Below, in pieces: positions 1-9,038 of a DNA stretch of 52,423 nt. The notes beneath the pieces were generated by a model. The model did not search any database, was not told the origin of the DNA, and saw nothing but the letters and a program-made list of their open reading frames with translations. The position numbers and the translations under genes are program-made. Origin of the DNA: Candidatus Poribacteria bacterium (GTDB taxonomy: Bacteria; Poribacteria; WGA-4E; UBA9662); the NCBI GenBank assembly GCA_036339735.1, contig JAYZAL010000014.1, positions 1 through 52,423 on the forward strand. The letters run 5' to 3'. How positions within the stretch are numbered: position 1 is the stretch's first letter; each line of letters begins with the position of its first letter.

Positions 1-987
1 CTTTCTGTAATCATTGGTGTGATTCTAAGATTTATATGGTTGCAAATAGAAAAACGTCGATCTAATATCGAGGTTAGTTTTAGTGGTGGAGAGAAGGTCA
101 ACGTTTCTCCTGGAAGTACTATTCTTGAAGCAAGTCGTTTAGCTGGTATTTCACATGCCGCTATCTGTGGTGGAAATGGCCGATGTTCAACTTGCCGAAC
201 ACGTATTTTAACCGATCCCGAAAGTCTCAGGCCACCAGCCTCAGAAGAGTCAAAAGTTCTCCACAGGATTAGTGCTGCACCGAATATTCGTTTAGCCTGT
301 CAAGTAAAACTTCATCAGAACATACAAGTCCATCCATTGCTTAAGCAAGCTAGCCCGTCTGATGGACACCAACGTCCCACCTATGCTGACGGAGAAGAAG
401 TTGATGTAACTCTATTGTTTGCTGATCTCCGTGGCTTCACCCAAATGTCTAACCAACGCCTTCCATTTGATGTCGTTTTCATTTTAAACCAGTATTTTGA
501 GCTAATGGGTGAGGCTATCGAAACCTCAGGTGGTTATCTGGATAAGTTCATTGGTGACGGAATTATGGCAATTTTTGGTATGCATAGTGGCTCAGAAATT
601 GGAGCCAAGCAAGCTATTGGCGCTGCCATTAAAATGGGACAACAGTTAGAAGTGCTGAACTCTCGTTTGGAAGATGAGCTTGATAGACCTTTAGAAATTG
701 GTATCGGACTGCACCGTGGCAATGCCATCGTAGGGAACATGGGGTATGGAGATGCAATGGCTGTTACTGCTATAGGGGACACTGTTAACGTGGCTTCACG
801 TCTGGAAGGTGCTTGTAAGACTCTTGGTGTTCAGCTCGTAGTCTCAGAAGAAGTTCTTCAAGCTGCTAGTGTCGAGTTCCCTGATGTAATACAAAAAGAC
901 GTGGAAGTACGTGGTAGTGCAAAACCTATATCTGTTTTTCCTGTTGATAATGCTTCAACTCTAAAACCAGTGGTAGTCGGAGTCTAA
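1..987 (+). CDS. Class III adenylate cyclase with a 2Fe-2S ferredoxin domain (CyaC-like), 5'-partial
   Basis: Ferredoxin motif CGGNGRCSTC...RLACQ is followed by cyclase motifs LFADLRGFT, DKFIGDGIMA and TAIGDTVNVASRLEG. The frame is open back to base 1 (LSVIIGVILRFIW, the end of a TM helix), so the true start lies upstream of the window. Confidence 0.9.
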   Translation, partial: LSVIIGVILRFIWLQIEKRRSNIEVSFSGGEKVNVSPGSTILEASRLAGISHAAICGGNGRCSTCRTRILTDPESLRPPASEESKVLHRISAAPNIRLACQVKLHQNIQVHPLLKQASPSDGHQRPTYADGEEVDVTLLFADLRGFTQMSNQRLPFDVVFILNQYFELMGEAIETSGGYLDKFIGDGIMAIFGMHSGSEIGAKQAIGAAIKMGQQLEVLNSRLEDELDRPLEIGIGLHRGNAIVGNMGYGDAMAVTAIGDTVNVASRLEGACKTLGVQLVVSEEVLQAASVEFPDVIQKDVEVRGSAKPISVFPVDNASTLKPVVVGV

Positions 988-1195
988 CTCTACAATCTTA
1001 TTGTCGTCACATTTTCTTTTACTGATCTTACTTTCTTTTGGAATGATCTGTAAAGATTGTAATCCGTTTATAAAATAAATACTAATCTCTGAGGTCGAGA
1101 TTTTCATAACAAGTATACATGCCCTAAAAAATACGACTTACTGTTTTATTAGGTTTTAGTCCAAGATCTACTCTTGACAATTTTGGCAATAATCC

Positions 1196-1223
1196 TTGAC
1201 ATTAGTGAGAAAGGATCTATAAT
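1196..1223 (+). promoter_or_regulatory. Sigma70-type promoter
   Basis: Exact TTGACA (1196-1201), 16-nt spacer, TATAAT (1218-1223). An AAGGAG RBS precedes the TTG start at 1269. Confidence 0.75.
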
Positions 1224-1268
1224 CATCCGCATTACATTGGACTATTTGGTCCCTCAAGGAGAGTAAAT

Positions 1269-1913
1269 TTGAAGAAAACTACATTAATCTTAACTGTCGT
1301 ATTGGCTTTTGTGTTAGTACAAACTTTGGCACTTGCCGGTGTTGACAATAGTAAATTTGTTATTCTGGATGAAAATGTGGATGAAGTGATAAAAGCCATT
1401 GCTAGTGGGTCAGGTACACCTGAGAAGGTAGACGATGCCTATCAAGGGAAAGAAGCATTATACATCGGTGGTACAGGTGGTGATGGGCAAAACTTTAACC
1501 CGGCTATGCCAGGCTGGAATTTTAAGATCACTGAAACACCTAGTGCCGATGATGAGTTTCGCTATATAACTTTTGCTTGGAAGAAAAAGAGTGGGACAGG
1601 ATTCCAATTGCAGCTGCATGGTGATCCCGGTACTTGGGGACATCGCTATCATGCTGGTGCTAACATCAAAGGTTGGAACCCATCGATTCAGGTCAGTGAA
1701 GAAGTTCCCACCAAATGGGAAAAACAGACTAGAGACCTCTTCAAAGATTGGGAAGCTTTTACTCTGACTGGTATTGCTTTCACCGCTTGGCCGGATGGAG
1801 ACGATAATGGTGGATTTTGGGATTATGTAATTTTGCATAAAGACCCAGAAGTTCAAACTGCAGTCGAATTTAAGAACAGGCTGACAACCAAGTGGGCCGA
1901 ACTTAAAAAGTAA
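1269..1913 (+). CDS. Secreted protein of unknown function with conserved C-terminal tail; paralog of 2011..2685
   Basis: Signal peptide MKKTTLILTVVLAFVLVQTLALA, RBS and promoter present. Ends AVEFKNRLTTKWAELKK. Confidence 0.85.
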   Translation: MKKTTLILTVVLAFVLVQTLALAGVDNSKFVILDENVDEVIKAIASGSGTPEKVDDAYQGKEALYIGGTGGDGQNFNPAMPGWNFKITETPSADDEFRYITFAWKKKSGTGFQLQLHGDPGTWGHRYHAGANIKGWNPSIQVSEEVPTKWEKQTRDLFKDWEAFTLTGIAFTAWPDGDDNGGFWDYVILHKDPEVQTAVEFKNRLTTKWAELKK

Positions 1914-1954
1914 TTTTACTCGTTTTAGTGGTTTGGTAAACTATCGATAAATAG

Positions 1955-1985
1955 AAAAGGGCCAGTTTCGCCTGGCTCTTTTTAT
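1955..1985 (+). terminator. Intrinsic terminator between the two paralogs
   Basis: AAAAGGGCCAG-tttcgc-CTGGCTCTTTT hairpin ending in a T run. Confidence 0.65.
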
Positions 1986-2010
1986 TACCAACGAAAAGGA
2001 GAAAATTGAA

Positions 2011-2685
2011 GTGAGATTTCTGAATATTAGTTTGTTATTGTTTTTGATGTTGGTTGTTGTATGGGTGCAGGCTGCTGATATAAAAGGGGCCTTCGTAGTT
2101 ATTGACGACGAAGCTAGTATAAAGGATGTATTACAAAAGATCACTAGTGGTTCCGGTAAAAAAGAACTGGAAAAGAAAGATGTTTACAAGGATGACAATG
2201 ATGGCAAAGCAGCGCTTCGTATCAACGTTGCCGGTGGAGATGGCCAAAATTTCAATCCTAACATGCCAGATTGGGAATTAGAAATTGAGAAAAAGCCAGT
2301 TGGAAAAAATCAGTTTCGCTATATCACCTTTGCTTGGAAAGATATAGGAGGCGACGGTATTCAGCTCCAACTTCACGCTAACGTCAATAGTTGGGGGCAT
2401 AGGTACCATGCCGGAGCTAATGTTAAAAACTGGAACCCATCCATCCAAGTTAACAAAAAAGCTCCCGAAAAATGGGAAGTCCATACTCGCGATTTGATCG
2501 AAGATTGGAAGGATTTAGCTAAAGGTGGGCAATTGATTACCGGTATCGCTTTCACTGCTTGGGATGGAAAAGCTGGGTTATTTGACCATGTGGTATTTCA
2601 CCAAACTCCAGAAGATCCACTAGCGCCACAGGCTGTTGATGCCAAGGCTAAGTTAACTGTTAAGTGGGCCGAAATCAAGCACTAA
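2011..2685 (+). CDS. Secreted protein of unknown function with conserved C-terminal tail; paralog of 1269..1913
   Basis: Signal peptide ending VQA. Shares GGDGQNFNP, FRYITFAWK, WGHRYHAGAN, WNPSIQV and TGIAFTAW with the upstream gene. Ends AVDAKAKLTVKWAEIKH. Confidence 0.85.
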   Translation: MRFLNISLLLFLMLVVVWVQAADIKGAFVVIDDEASIKDVLQKITSGSGKKELEKKDVYKDDNDGKAALRINVAGGDGQNFNPNMPDWELEIEKKPVGKNQFRYITFAWKDIGGDGIQLQLHANVNSWGHRYHAGANVKNWNPSIQVNKKAPEKWEVHTRDLIEDWKDLAKGGQLITGIAFTAWDGKAGLFDHVVFHQTPEDPLAPQAVDAKAKLTVKWAEIKH

Positions 2686-2710
2686 AGGTCCTTCTCTCGA
2701 ATCAATTTTT

Positions 2711-2762
2711 AGCCTCGCTTCAAAACCCTTTTCTCGGAGGGAATGTTAGGCGAGGCTTTTTT
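2711..2762 (+). terminator. Long hairpin, probable terminator
   Basis: AGCCTCGCTT...AGGCGAGGCT outer stem with an inner CCCT/AGGG stem, followed by TTTTTT. Confidence 0.55.
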
Positions 2763-2781
2763 GCATCTTCTCCTGGATAAG

Positions 2782-3873
2782 ATGAGTCGCAATCATCAGC
2801 CAAAACAAATCGTCATTTTGAGTGATGGTAAGCCTGGGCACTACAACCAATCTTTAGGGATTATGGACCAATTGTCCGACGATGAATATCAGTTAGTTGA
2901 AATCAATTTTCGAAGCAAATGGCGAGATAACATACTAAGAATCTTCCTCTCATTGTTTTCCGGTGTCAAACTGAAGGACAAAGCGATCTGGTCAATCTTG
3001 TCCTTCAGTTTGACCGAAGAAACAATATCTAAACTAAAAAGTATACAATCCATAGACTTGATTTTATCAACAGGTTCGTCTGTTGCGGCCATTAACCTAT
3101 TACTTGGACGGCTCTTGGCCGCTAAAACAGTAACTTGCCGTCCGCCTTCGCCGGTTGGAACTAGACAATTCGACTTGGCTATTCTCCCACGCTTGTACTG
3201 GCAACAACCTGAACGAATGAATGTGTGTCGAACTTTGGGAGTGCCGAATCGAATTAGCCCTGAACGTCTAGAGCATTTCCGACCGTTAAATCAACAGTTT
3301 TTATCTTCTCAACGATCGAAAATTGGCCTATTAATTGGGGGAAACTCTCCACTTCATAATCTATCCAAGAAAGTTGCAATCCGCTGGATAGATTTTTTAC
3401 TACAACTCGTAAAAAATCATAAATGGCAGGTTCTGCTTAGCACCTCACGTCGAACACCAAAGGAGATAGAAGAGTACATTGCTGATATCGTTAAGGATCG
3501 TAATGATGACTTCCCAGTAAATCTTTTTTCTCATCAAACCCCTAGTTCATCTCAATTCAAATTTGAACATGTTTTGGCTAATTCCGATCTTCTACTGGTA
3601 ACTGAAGATAGTTTTTCTATGGTTTGTGAAACTTGCAGCAGTGGCAAACCGGTAGTAATTCTGGAAGTCGAACGTACTCAACCTAGTTGGCGTTATCGTC
3701 AATGGGATACTATTTATCAGGAATTAACGACCAGACAAATAGCTGAATGGGAAACAGATCAACTCACCAGTCAAGTCAACAGAATAGTGATGGCCGAAAA
3801 ATCGGCGATAAAAACACCATGTTTGAGAGACGCAGAAATTGCCGCTCATTCCATCAACCAATTGCTAGAATGA
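2782..3873 (+). CDS. ELM1/GtrOC1 (DUF1022) family putative glycosyltransferase-fold protein
   Basis: Family motifs ILSDGKPGHYNQSLG, LLIGG, STSRRTP and VTEDSFSMVCE. Start placed at ATG 2782 because the ATG at 2743 lies inside the terminator hairpin. Confidence 0.8.
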   Translation: MSRNHQPKQIVILSDGKPGHYNQSLGIMDQLSDDEYQLVEINFRSKWRDNILRIFLSLFSGVKLKDKAIWSILSFSLTEETISKLKSIQSIDLILSTGSSVAAINLLLGRLLAAKTVTCRPPSPVGTRQFDLAILPRLYWQQPERMNVCRTLGVPNRISPERLEHFRPLNQQFLSSQRSKIGLLIGGNSPLHNLSKKVAIRWIDFLLQLVKNHKWQVLLSTSRRTPKEIEEYIADIVKDRNDDFPVNLFSHQTPSSSQFKFEHVLANSDLLLVTEDSFSMVCETCSSGKPVVILEVERTQPSWRYRQWDTIYQELTTRQIAEWETDQLTSQVNRIVMAEKSAIKTPCLRDAEIAAHSINQLLE

Positions 3874-3878
3874 GTGGA

Positions 3879-5168
3879 TTAGGACCGACGGCGGCTACTG
3901 GGCCGACGACATAGATCATATACTAACTCTTCCAAAATTTGTTCCGCTGGTAAAGTGCTGCTTTTTAGATCGATGTCTGTTTGCAGAACGACAGCTAGAG
4001 AATTTTCTAATTCATTTTGATCGAAAAAGCGTAGTGCTTGAACAATCTTATAGGCTGCGTAGGGGTTCTGTTTGAGAAGGTTAAGTTGTGCGTTATCAGG
4101 CAAACGGTGACTAACTTTCTCAGCTAATGGACGGAATATCCTCTGATTAAACATTTGGTAATTCGATCGGCCAGCATCTTCCTGCAATAATCTTTCTTCT
4201 ACTAAAAGGCGTGCTTGAAGTAATAATCGCACTTGGCGTGCTATCAGCGCATTGACCTTAATTGGTGCTTCCCCGCTTCTTATTAATCGATGTAAACTCA
4301 GCAAAGCTTGAGAGACATTTTTTCGTCCAATAGCATCTGTTAAAGCAAAAATACTCTCGTTAATTGTTTCTGCTATCAAACCACGAATGTCTTTTTCTTC
4401 GATTCGTTTCTTTTCACCAATATAAGCAATAGCCTTTTCGAGTTCTTGAAAGACTCGATGAGCGTCTTGGCCGACTCGTTGTCTTATTATGTTATAAGTA
4501 CCAAAACTAATTTGTTTGTCAGCCTGTTTTAGTCGTTCAACTACTCGTTGAAACAAAGGATCGTTTTGAGTCGGACGGTCATTAACTGAAAATTCAAGAT
4601 GTTTTCCTTGTCGACCAATTTCTTTTACTATTCGACTACGGGCATCAACTTTATGCCGACAAGCTAAGATTAGAACACTTGACTCTGGCAATTTTTCAGA
4701 CAGCCAAGAGCAAAATTGCTCAGAAGGACTTAAATCAGAAAATTCTTCTGTTATCTCAGGTTGTGCCGAACTAAGTTCGGCTGGCTTACCAGTAAACAAA
4801 GGGCTATCTGTATGCTGGTTTTCATCTTCGACTGTTTCTGGGTTTGGTATATGTGTAGTTGCGTTTTCCGATTTTCCACTTGAACTAGTGGATAAGAACG
4901 CAGGCTCATTAACTAAAACTACTCTTCGATCCGCCATTGTGGGATAGACTTCAACTGCACTTAGGATTTCTCTTAAATCAGCTTGTGTACCATCGAATAC
5001 ATCAAAATTAAAGTCGCGCGTAGTTGGCTCCAATAGGTGTTCCACAAGTTGTTTTACTGTTTCTCCTACCAAGAATGTTTCTTCACCAGATATCAGATAA
5101 ATCGGCGCAATCTTACCTGATTTTATGTCTTGATCAAGATTTAAAGGATGAACAGTATTTTGCCGCAC
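3879..5168 (-). CDS. holA: DNA polymerase III delta subunit
   Basis: PIYLISGEETFL, DFNFDVFDG, ADRRVVLV, ELEK, IFALTDAI and D..LKSS match the HolA layout, with insertions. Confidence 0.85.
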   Translation of the reverse strand: MRQNTVHPLNLDQDIKSGKIAPIYLISGEETFLVGETVKQLVEHLLEPTTRDFNFDVFDGTQADLREILSAVEVYPTMADRRVVLVNEPAFLSTSSSGKSENATTHIPNPETVEDENQHTDSPLFTGKPAELSSAQPEITEEFSDLSPSEQFCSWLSEKLPESSVLILACRHKVDARSRIVKEIGRQGKHLEFSVNDRPTQNDPLFQRVVERLKQADKQISFGTYNIIRQRVGQDAHRVFQELEKAIAYIGEKKRIEEKDIRGLIAETINESIFALTDAIGRKNVSQALLSLHRLIRSGEAPIKVNALIARQVRLLLQARLLVEERLLQEDAGRSNYQMFNQRIFRPLAEKVSHRLPDNAQLNLLKQNPYAAYKIVQALRFFDQNELENSLAVVLQTDIDLKSSTLPAEQILEELVYDLCRRPSSRRRS

Positions 5169-5230
5169 AATTAGCCTGAATTGAACTCAAAAAGTTACGG
5201 AAGATATGGGATATATTTATTCTATGATTA

Positions 5231-6286
5231 TTAGGCTAGAGAACCAATGTCGATATCTAGTAATTTGTCAATGATATCTACACTAGTAATACCGTCAGCT
5301 TCGGCATTAAAGTTAGTCAACACCCGGTGACGCAGAACGGGTTTAGCCACGGCTTTCACATCCTCAAAACTGGCGTTCGGTCGACCTGAGAGAACCGCTT
5401 TAGCTTTGGCCGCCAAAATTAGGTATTGAGAAGCTCTTGGCCCTGCTCCCCAGCTGACCCAATCCTTGACGAACTGTTGGGTTGCTTCATTTTCTGGTCG
5501 AGTGTTACGACTCAATGCCACAGCATAATCAACAATTTTTTCTGCTACTGGTACCTTTCGGACCAACTGCTGTAGTTCTAGAATCTCCGGACCTGTTAAA
5601 ACATGATTAAAGCTGGCCTCGTAGGCAGAAGTAGTCGACATTACGATCTGTTTTTCTTCAGCTTTGTCAGGATAACCAATATGAATGTTGAACATAAACC
5701 GGTCTAACTGAGCTTCCGGTAAAGGGTAAGTACCTTCCTGCTCAATTGGGTTTTGAGTTGCTAGCACAAAAAATGGTTCCGGCAGAGAATATGTCTGTCC
5801 ACCTGCTGTGACATGGTGTTCCTGCATGGCTTGAAGTAGTGCTGCCTGTGTTTTGGGGGGCGTTCGGTTGATTTCATCAGCTAAAACAATATTGGAAAAT
5901 ACAGGCCCCTGAATAAAACGGAAAGAACGATCACCTGTGGAGGCATCGTCTTGAATAATATCAGTACCGGTAATGTCTGCTGGCATCAGGTCAGGTGTGA
6001 ACTGGATACGATTGAACTGTAGATCCAGAATCTGAGCAATAGTGCGAATTAGAAGAGTTTTCGCTAATCCGGGAACCCCAACCAGTAGACAATGGCCTCC
6101 GGAGAAAAGTGTAATTAGCAACTCATCGATTACTTGCTTTTGTCCCACAATCTGTTTTTCTAACTCTGACAAAATAGCAGATCGTGCAGCCTCTAATCGC
6201 TCCATTTGTTGAACGTCAGATAATCCATTTCCCAAATCCGTTGCGGGAGAAAATTTAATGACATTCTCAGTTTCAGTTGTTGTCAC
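5231..6286 (-). CDS. moxR: MoxR-family AAA+ ATPase
   Basis: GVPGLAKT (Walker A), RIQFTPDLMPADITG, LADEINRTPPKTQAALL, ATQNPIEQEGTYPLPEAQLDRF. Confidence 0.95.
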   Translation of the reverse strand: MTTTETENVIKFSPATDLGNGLSDVQQMERLEAARSAILSELEKQIVGQKQVIDELLITLFSGGHCLLVGVPGLAKTLLIRTIAQILDLQFNRIQFTPDLMPADITGTDIIQDDASTGDRSFRFIQGPVFSNIVLADEINRTPPKTQAALLQAMQEHHVTAGGQTYSLPEPFFVLATQNPIEQEGTYPLPEAQLDRFMFNIHIGYPDKAEEKQIVMSTTSAYEASFNHVLTGPEILELQQLVRKVPVAEKIVDYAVALSRNTRPENEATQQFVKDWVSWGAGPRASQYLILAAKAKAVLSGRPNASFEDVKAVAKPVLRHRVLTNFNAEADGITSVDIIDKLLDIDIGSLA

Positions 6287-6346
6287 GGTTTAATTCCTAG
6301 TTTTGTCAACAAAAAGCCAAATACAATCTTACGAATGAAGTATTTC

Positions 6347-7387
6347 TTAATGGTTACTTACCCACGTCTGTAGACCTAGAAAATCGAAGGTGAAATCCAA
6401 AATAGTTACACCGGACTCAGCCAAACTACGACGAACCTGATGTTCTTTGTCTGGTTGGCAATAAAACAATAAACATCCACCACCACCGGCACCACAAGCT
6501 TTACCGCCGATCGCACCATTAGTCATTGCAACTTCGAATAAAGACTCAATTTCGTCGTTGGTAACAGAACTATGAAGACGTTTTTGATTCTTCCAGTTTT
6601 CTGATAATAACTCACCAAAAGTTGTTAAATCACCATTCATCAAGGCTGATTTAACTTGTTTAGCAATAGACCGTAAGTTACTTAGTGCATCAAGAGTCTC
6701 AGGTGCTTCAGCTTGATAGGACTCGGTGACATTTTGGTGTATATTGCCCGAGAGTCTCGATTTACCAGTATAGCAAAGGAGAAGGTTCTTTTCTAATTCG
6801 TGTTGAACATCCTGTGTCAATTTTAGCTGGGCAGTTTTGACCATTTCTCCTCGAAATTCCATATAATTGATACCACCGATTGCACTGGCATAGTGATCCT
6901 GCTTTCCACCTAGTATTTGTAATTCTTGCTGTTCAATTTGGCTAGCTAGTTCCGCTACCTCAAAGGGAAGATATGTATTCTGTTGGTGCCGTGCGATGGC
7001 TGAAATCAAAGCAACTCCCATTGCTGCAGAAGTACCAAGGCCACTACCGGGAGGAGCAATCGACTGAGAAATTAGATCAAAACCTCCACTAGAAACTGAC
7101 ATACGCTTAACAGCAGCCTTAACCAAGTCAATGCTGCCATCATATTCTAGTTCCCGAATATCTTCGGCTTCGATAAAGGTATCGAAGTCAGCAGAATAAA
7201 TTCGTATTCCTTTATCAATATTTTTACTATCTACACCCAGCACAGTATGTTTTCGTGTGAGCATGGCAAAAGAATAGATCTGGATGCTTGCATTAACCAC
7301 TGAGCCAACTTCAGACTCAGCAAACAGGGCCACATCTGTCCAACCGCCAGCAAAATCAACACGGACAGGCGCACGAGATCGAATCAA
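6347..7387 (-). CDS. GHMP-family sugar kinase (HddA / heptose-7-phosphate kinase-like)
   Basis: RAPVRVDFAGGWTD, PPGSGLGTSAA, GGKQDHYA, GKACGAGGGG. Confidence 0.85.
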   Translation of the reverse strand: MIRSRAPVRVDFAGGWTDVALFAESEVGSVVNASIQIYSFAMLTRKHTVLGVDSKNIDKGIRIYSADFDTFIEAEDIRELEYDGSIDLVKAAVKRMSVSSGGFDLISQSIAPPGSGLGTSAAMGVALISAIARHQQNTYLPFEVAELASQIEQQELQILGGKQDHYASAIGGINYMEFRGEMVKTAQLKLTQDVQHELEKNLLLCYTGKSRLSGNIHQNVTESYQAEAPETLDALSNLRSIAKQVKSALMNGDLTTFGELLSENWKNQKRLHSSVTNDEIESLFEVAMTNGAIGGKACGAGGGGCLLFYCQPDKEHQVRRSLAESGVTILDFTFDFLGLQTWVSNH

Positions 7388-7428
7388 AGGATAAACCTAC
7401 TAATCAGTAAAAATGTACAGAAGAAGTT

Positions 7429-7468
7429 CGAGGGGGAGACAAGCAGGAGGGGAAAGCACTCCCCCCCG
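7429..7468 (-). terminator. GC-rich hairpin downstream of hup
   Basis: CGAGGGGGAG...CTCCCCCCCG inverted repeat about 30 nt after the hup stop; weak U-tract. Confidence 0.4.
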
Positions 7469-7496
7469 TAGCGAAGTAAACAATATAAACTAGCAG

Positions 7497-7784
7497 CTAA
7501 TTCACACCGTCTTTGAGCTTTTTTCCAGCCCGGAAGGAAGGAACATTCTTAGCTGGAATCTGAAGTTCGGCACCCGTTTTGGGGTTACGACCAGTCCGAG
7601 CTTGACGTTGTTTTACTTCAAAAGTTCCAAACCCTACAATCCCTACGGAATCGCCACTTGCCAAAGCGTCTGTAATTGTATCGCATACTGCATCAAGAGC
7701 CGCACCAGCATCTTTTCGACTGAGCTCTGCTTGCTCCGCTACCGCATTCACAATATCTTGTTTTGTTAATCTCTCGTTCGCCAT
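7497..7784 (-). CDS. hup: HU family DNA-binding protein
   Basis: GFGTFEVKQRQARTGRNPKTG...IPAKNVPSFRAGKKLKD. Confidence 0.95.
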   Translation of the reverse strand: MANERLTKQDIVNAVAEQAELSRKDAGAALDAVCDTITDALASGDSVGIVGFGTFEVKQRQARTGRNPKTGAELQIPAKNVPSFRAGKKLKDGVN

Positions 7785-7868
7785 TTTAACACCTCAACAG
7801 AATAAAAATCCGAGACAATCGTCAGAAAGTTACACTATATCTAGATTTAAACTAAAACCTGAGTTCCC

Positions 7869-7897
7869 ATTATACAATAGCCCATAAAAGCTGTCAA
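7869..7897 (-). promoter_or_regulatory. Sigma70-type promoter of hup
   Basis: Minus strand reads exact TTGACA, 17 nt, TATAAT. Confidence 0.8.
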
Positions 7898-8002
7898 GCT
7901 GAAAGGTTAAATAAACTCAGTTATACTGGACATTCTACCAAACTAACCTGCAACTTCCTGAAACTGATTTAGAGTAAAGTTAAAAGGTTGGACGTTATCG
8001 GC

Positions 8003-9016
8003 CTAAGGCCAAATACCAATCTCTTTATAGTATTTGATTGCCCCCTCATGAAACGATATACCCGTATTTTTGACTACATTGTTCGGATTTATAGCTTTAC
8101 CAACTGGGTGCTTTTCCACCACATCCATTCGGTGTTCATACAGAGATTTAGTAAATTGATACACAATCGAGTCATCAACATTGACTGAGGTGATCAGATG
8201 CATTGAACCGACGTTCATACTACTAAAATCCAGATCTTGGTTTTTGTAAGTATCAGCTGGGATAGTAGCTGGCATGAAAAAAGCATAGTCTTGAAAAAGC
8301 TGCTTAGTAGCAGAAATTTCGAAGGGGACAAACTTGACTGAATGACTCGAGGCTACACGAACAACAGCGGGGTTAGGAACAGCCCCACCAAGGAAAGCAA
8401 CCTGAGCAGAATTATCAGCCAACATATCGACTGAGGCGTTGTAGTTACCATATACCGGTTTGAAATCGTTGTACGTTAAACCATGTGCTTCAAATATAGG
8501 TCGTAGAAAATATCCGAACCCAGCCCCTTCGGGGCCAACTGTAACCCGTTTTCCTTTCAAGTCAGCCATCGAATTAATTTGACTTGATTTTTTTGTGACA
8601 AACAAGCCAACATTTGGAGCTAGTGTCATTACTGACTGAATATCATAGGGCTTTTCCCAGTTGCCCTCGCCACGAACAGCAAAATATGAGATAGCAGCAT
8701 TGGCTATAGCAAAATCGATATCTCCTTTACCTAAGAGTCGGATATTTTCTTGAGTTCCTTTCGTTGATTCAGCTGAGACAGTGGATGATAGGTAGTTATC
8801 TGCCACATCGGCAATTGCACTTCCAACAACGAAAAAGGTCCCACCAGGAGGCGCGGTCCCAATTGTCAAAAATTTGGGTATGTCTATTTGTTTTTTTGTC
8901 GTTTGGCCTGACTTCGGACTACTGGAATTTTCAGGATCAGATTTTCCACATCCGAACCAAAATACCAATAAAACAAGTGCAATTTTTGTTATACGGGCAT
9001 GGATAGTATTGATCAA
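8003..9016 (-). CDS. TAXI-family TRAP transporter solute-binding lipoprotein
   Basis: Lipobox-like FWFGC; TIGTAPPGGTFF, ESTKGTQENIRLL, DLKGKRVTVG, FHEGAIKYYKEIG. Confidence 0.9.
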   Translation of the reverse strand: MINTIHARITKIALVLLVFWFGCGKSDPENSSSPKSGQTTKKQIDIPKFLTIGTAPPGGTFFVVGSAIADVADNYLSSTVSAESTKGTQENIRLLGKGDIDFAIANAAISYFAVRGEGNWEKPYDIQSVMTLAPNVGLFVTKKSSQINSMADLKGKRVTVGPEGAGFGYFLRPIFEAHGLTYNDFKPVYGNYNASVDMLADNSAQVAFLGGAVPNPAVVRVASSHSVKFVPFEISATKQLFQDYAFFMPATIPADTYKNQDLDFSSMNVGSMHLITSVNVDDSIVYQFTKSLYEHRMDVVEKHPVGKAINPNNVVKNTGISFHEGAIKYYKEIGIWP

Positions 9017-9038
9017 GTCTAAGCTCTCCTTTAGAAAA

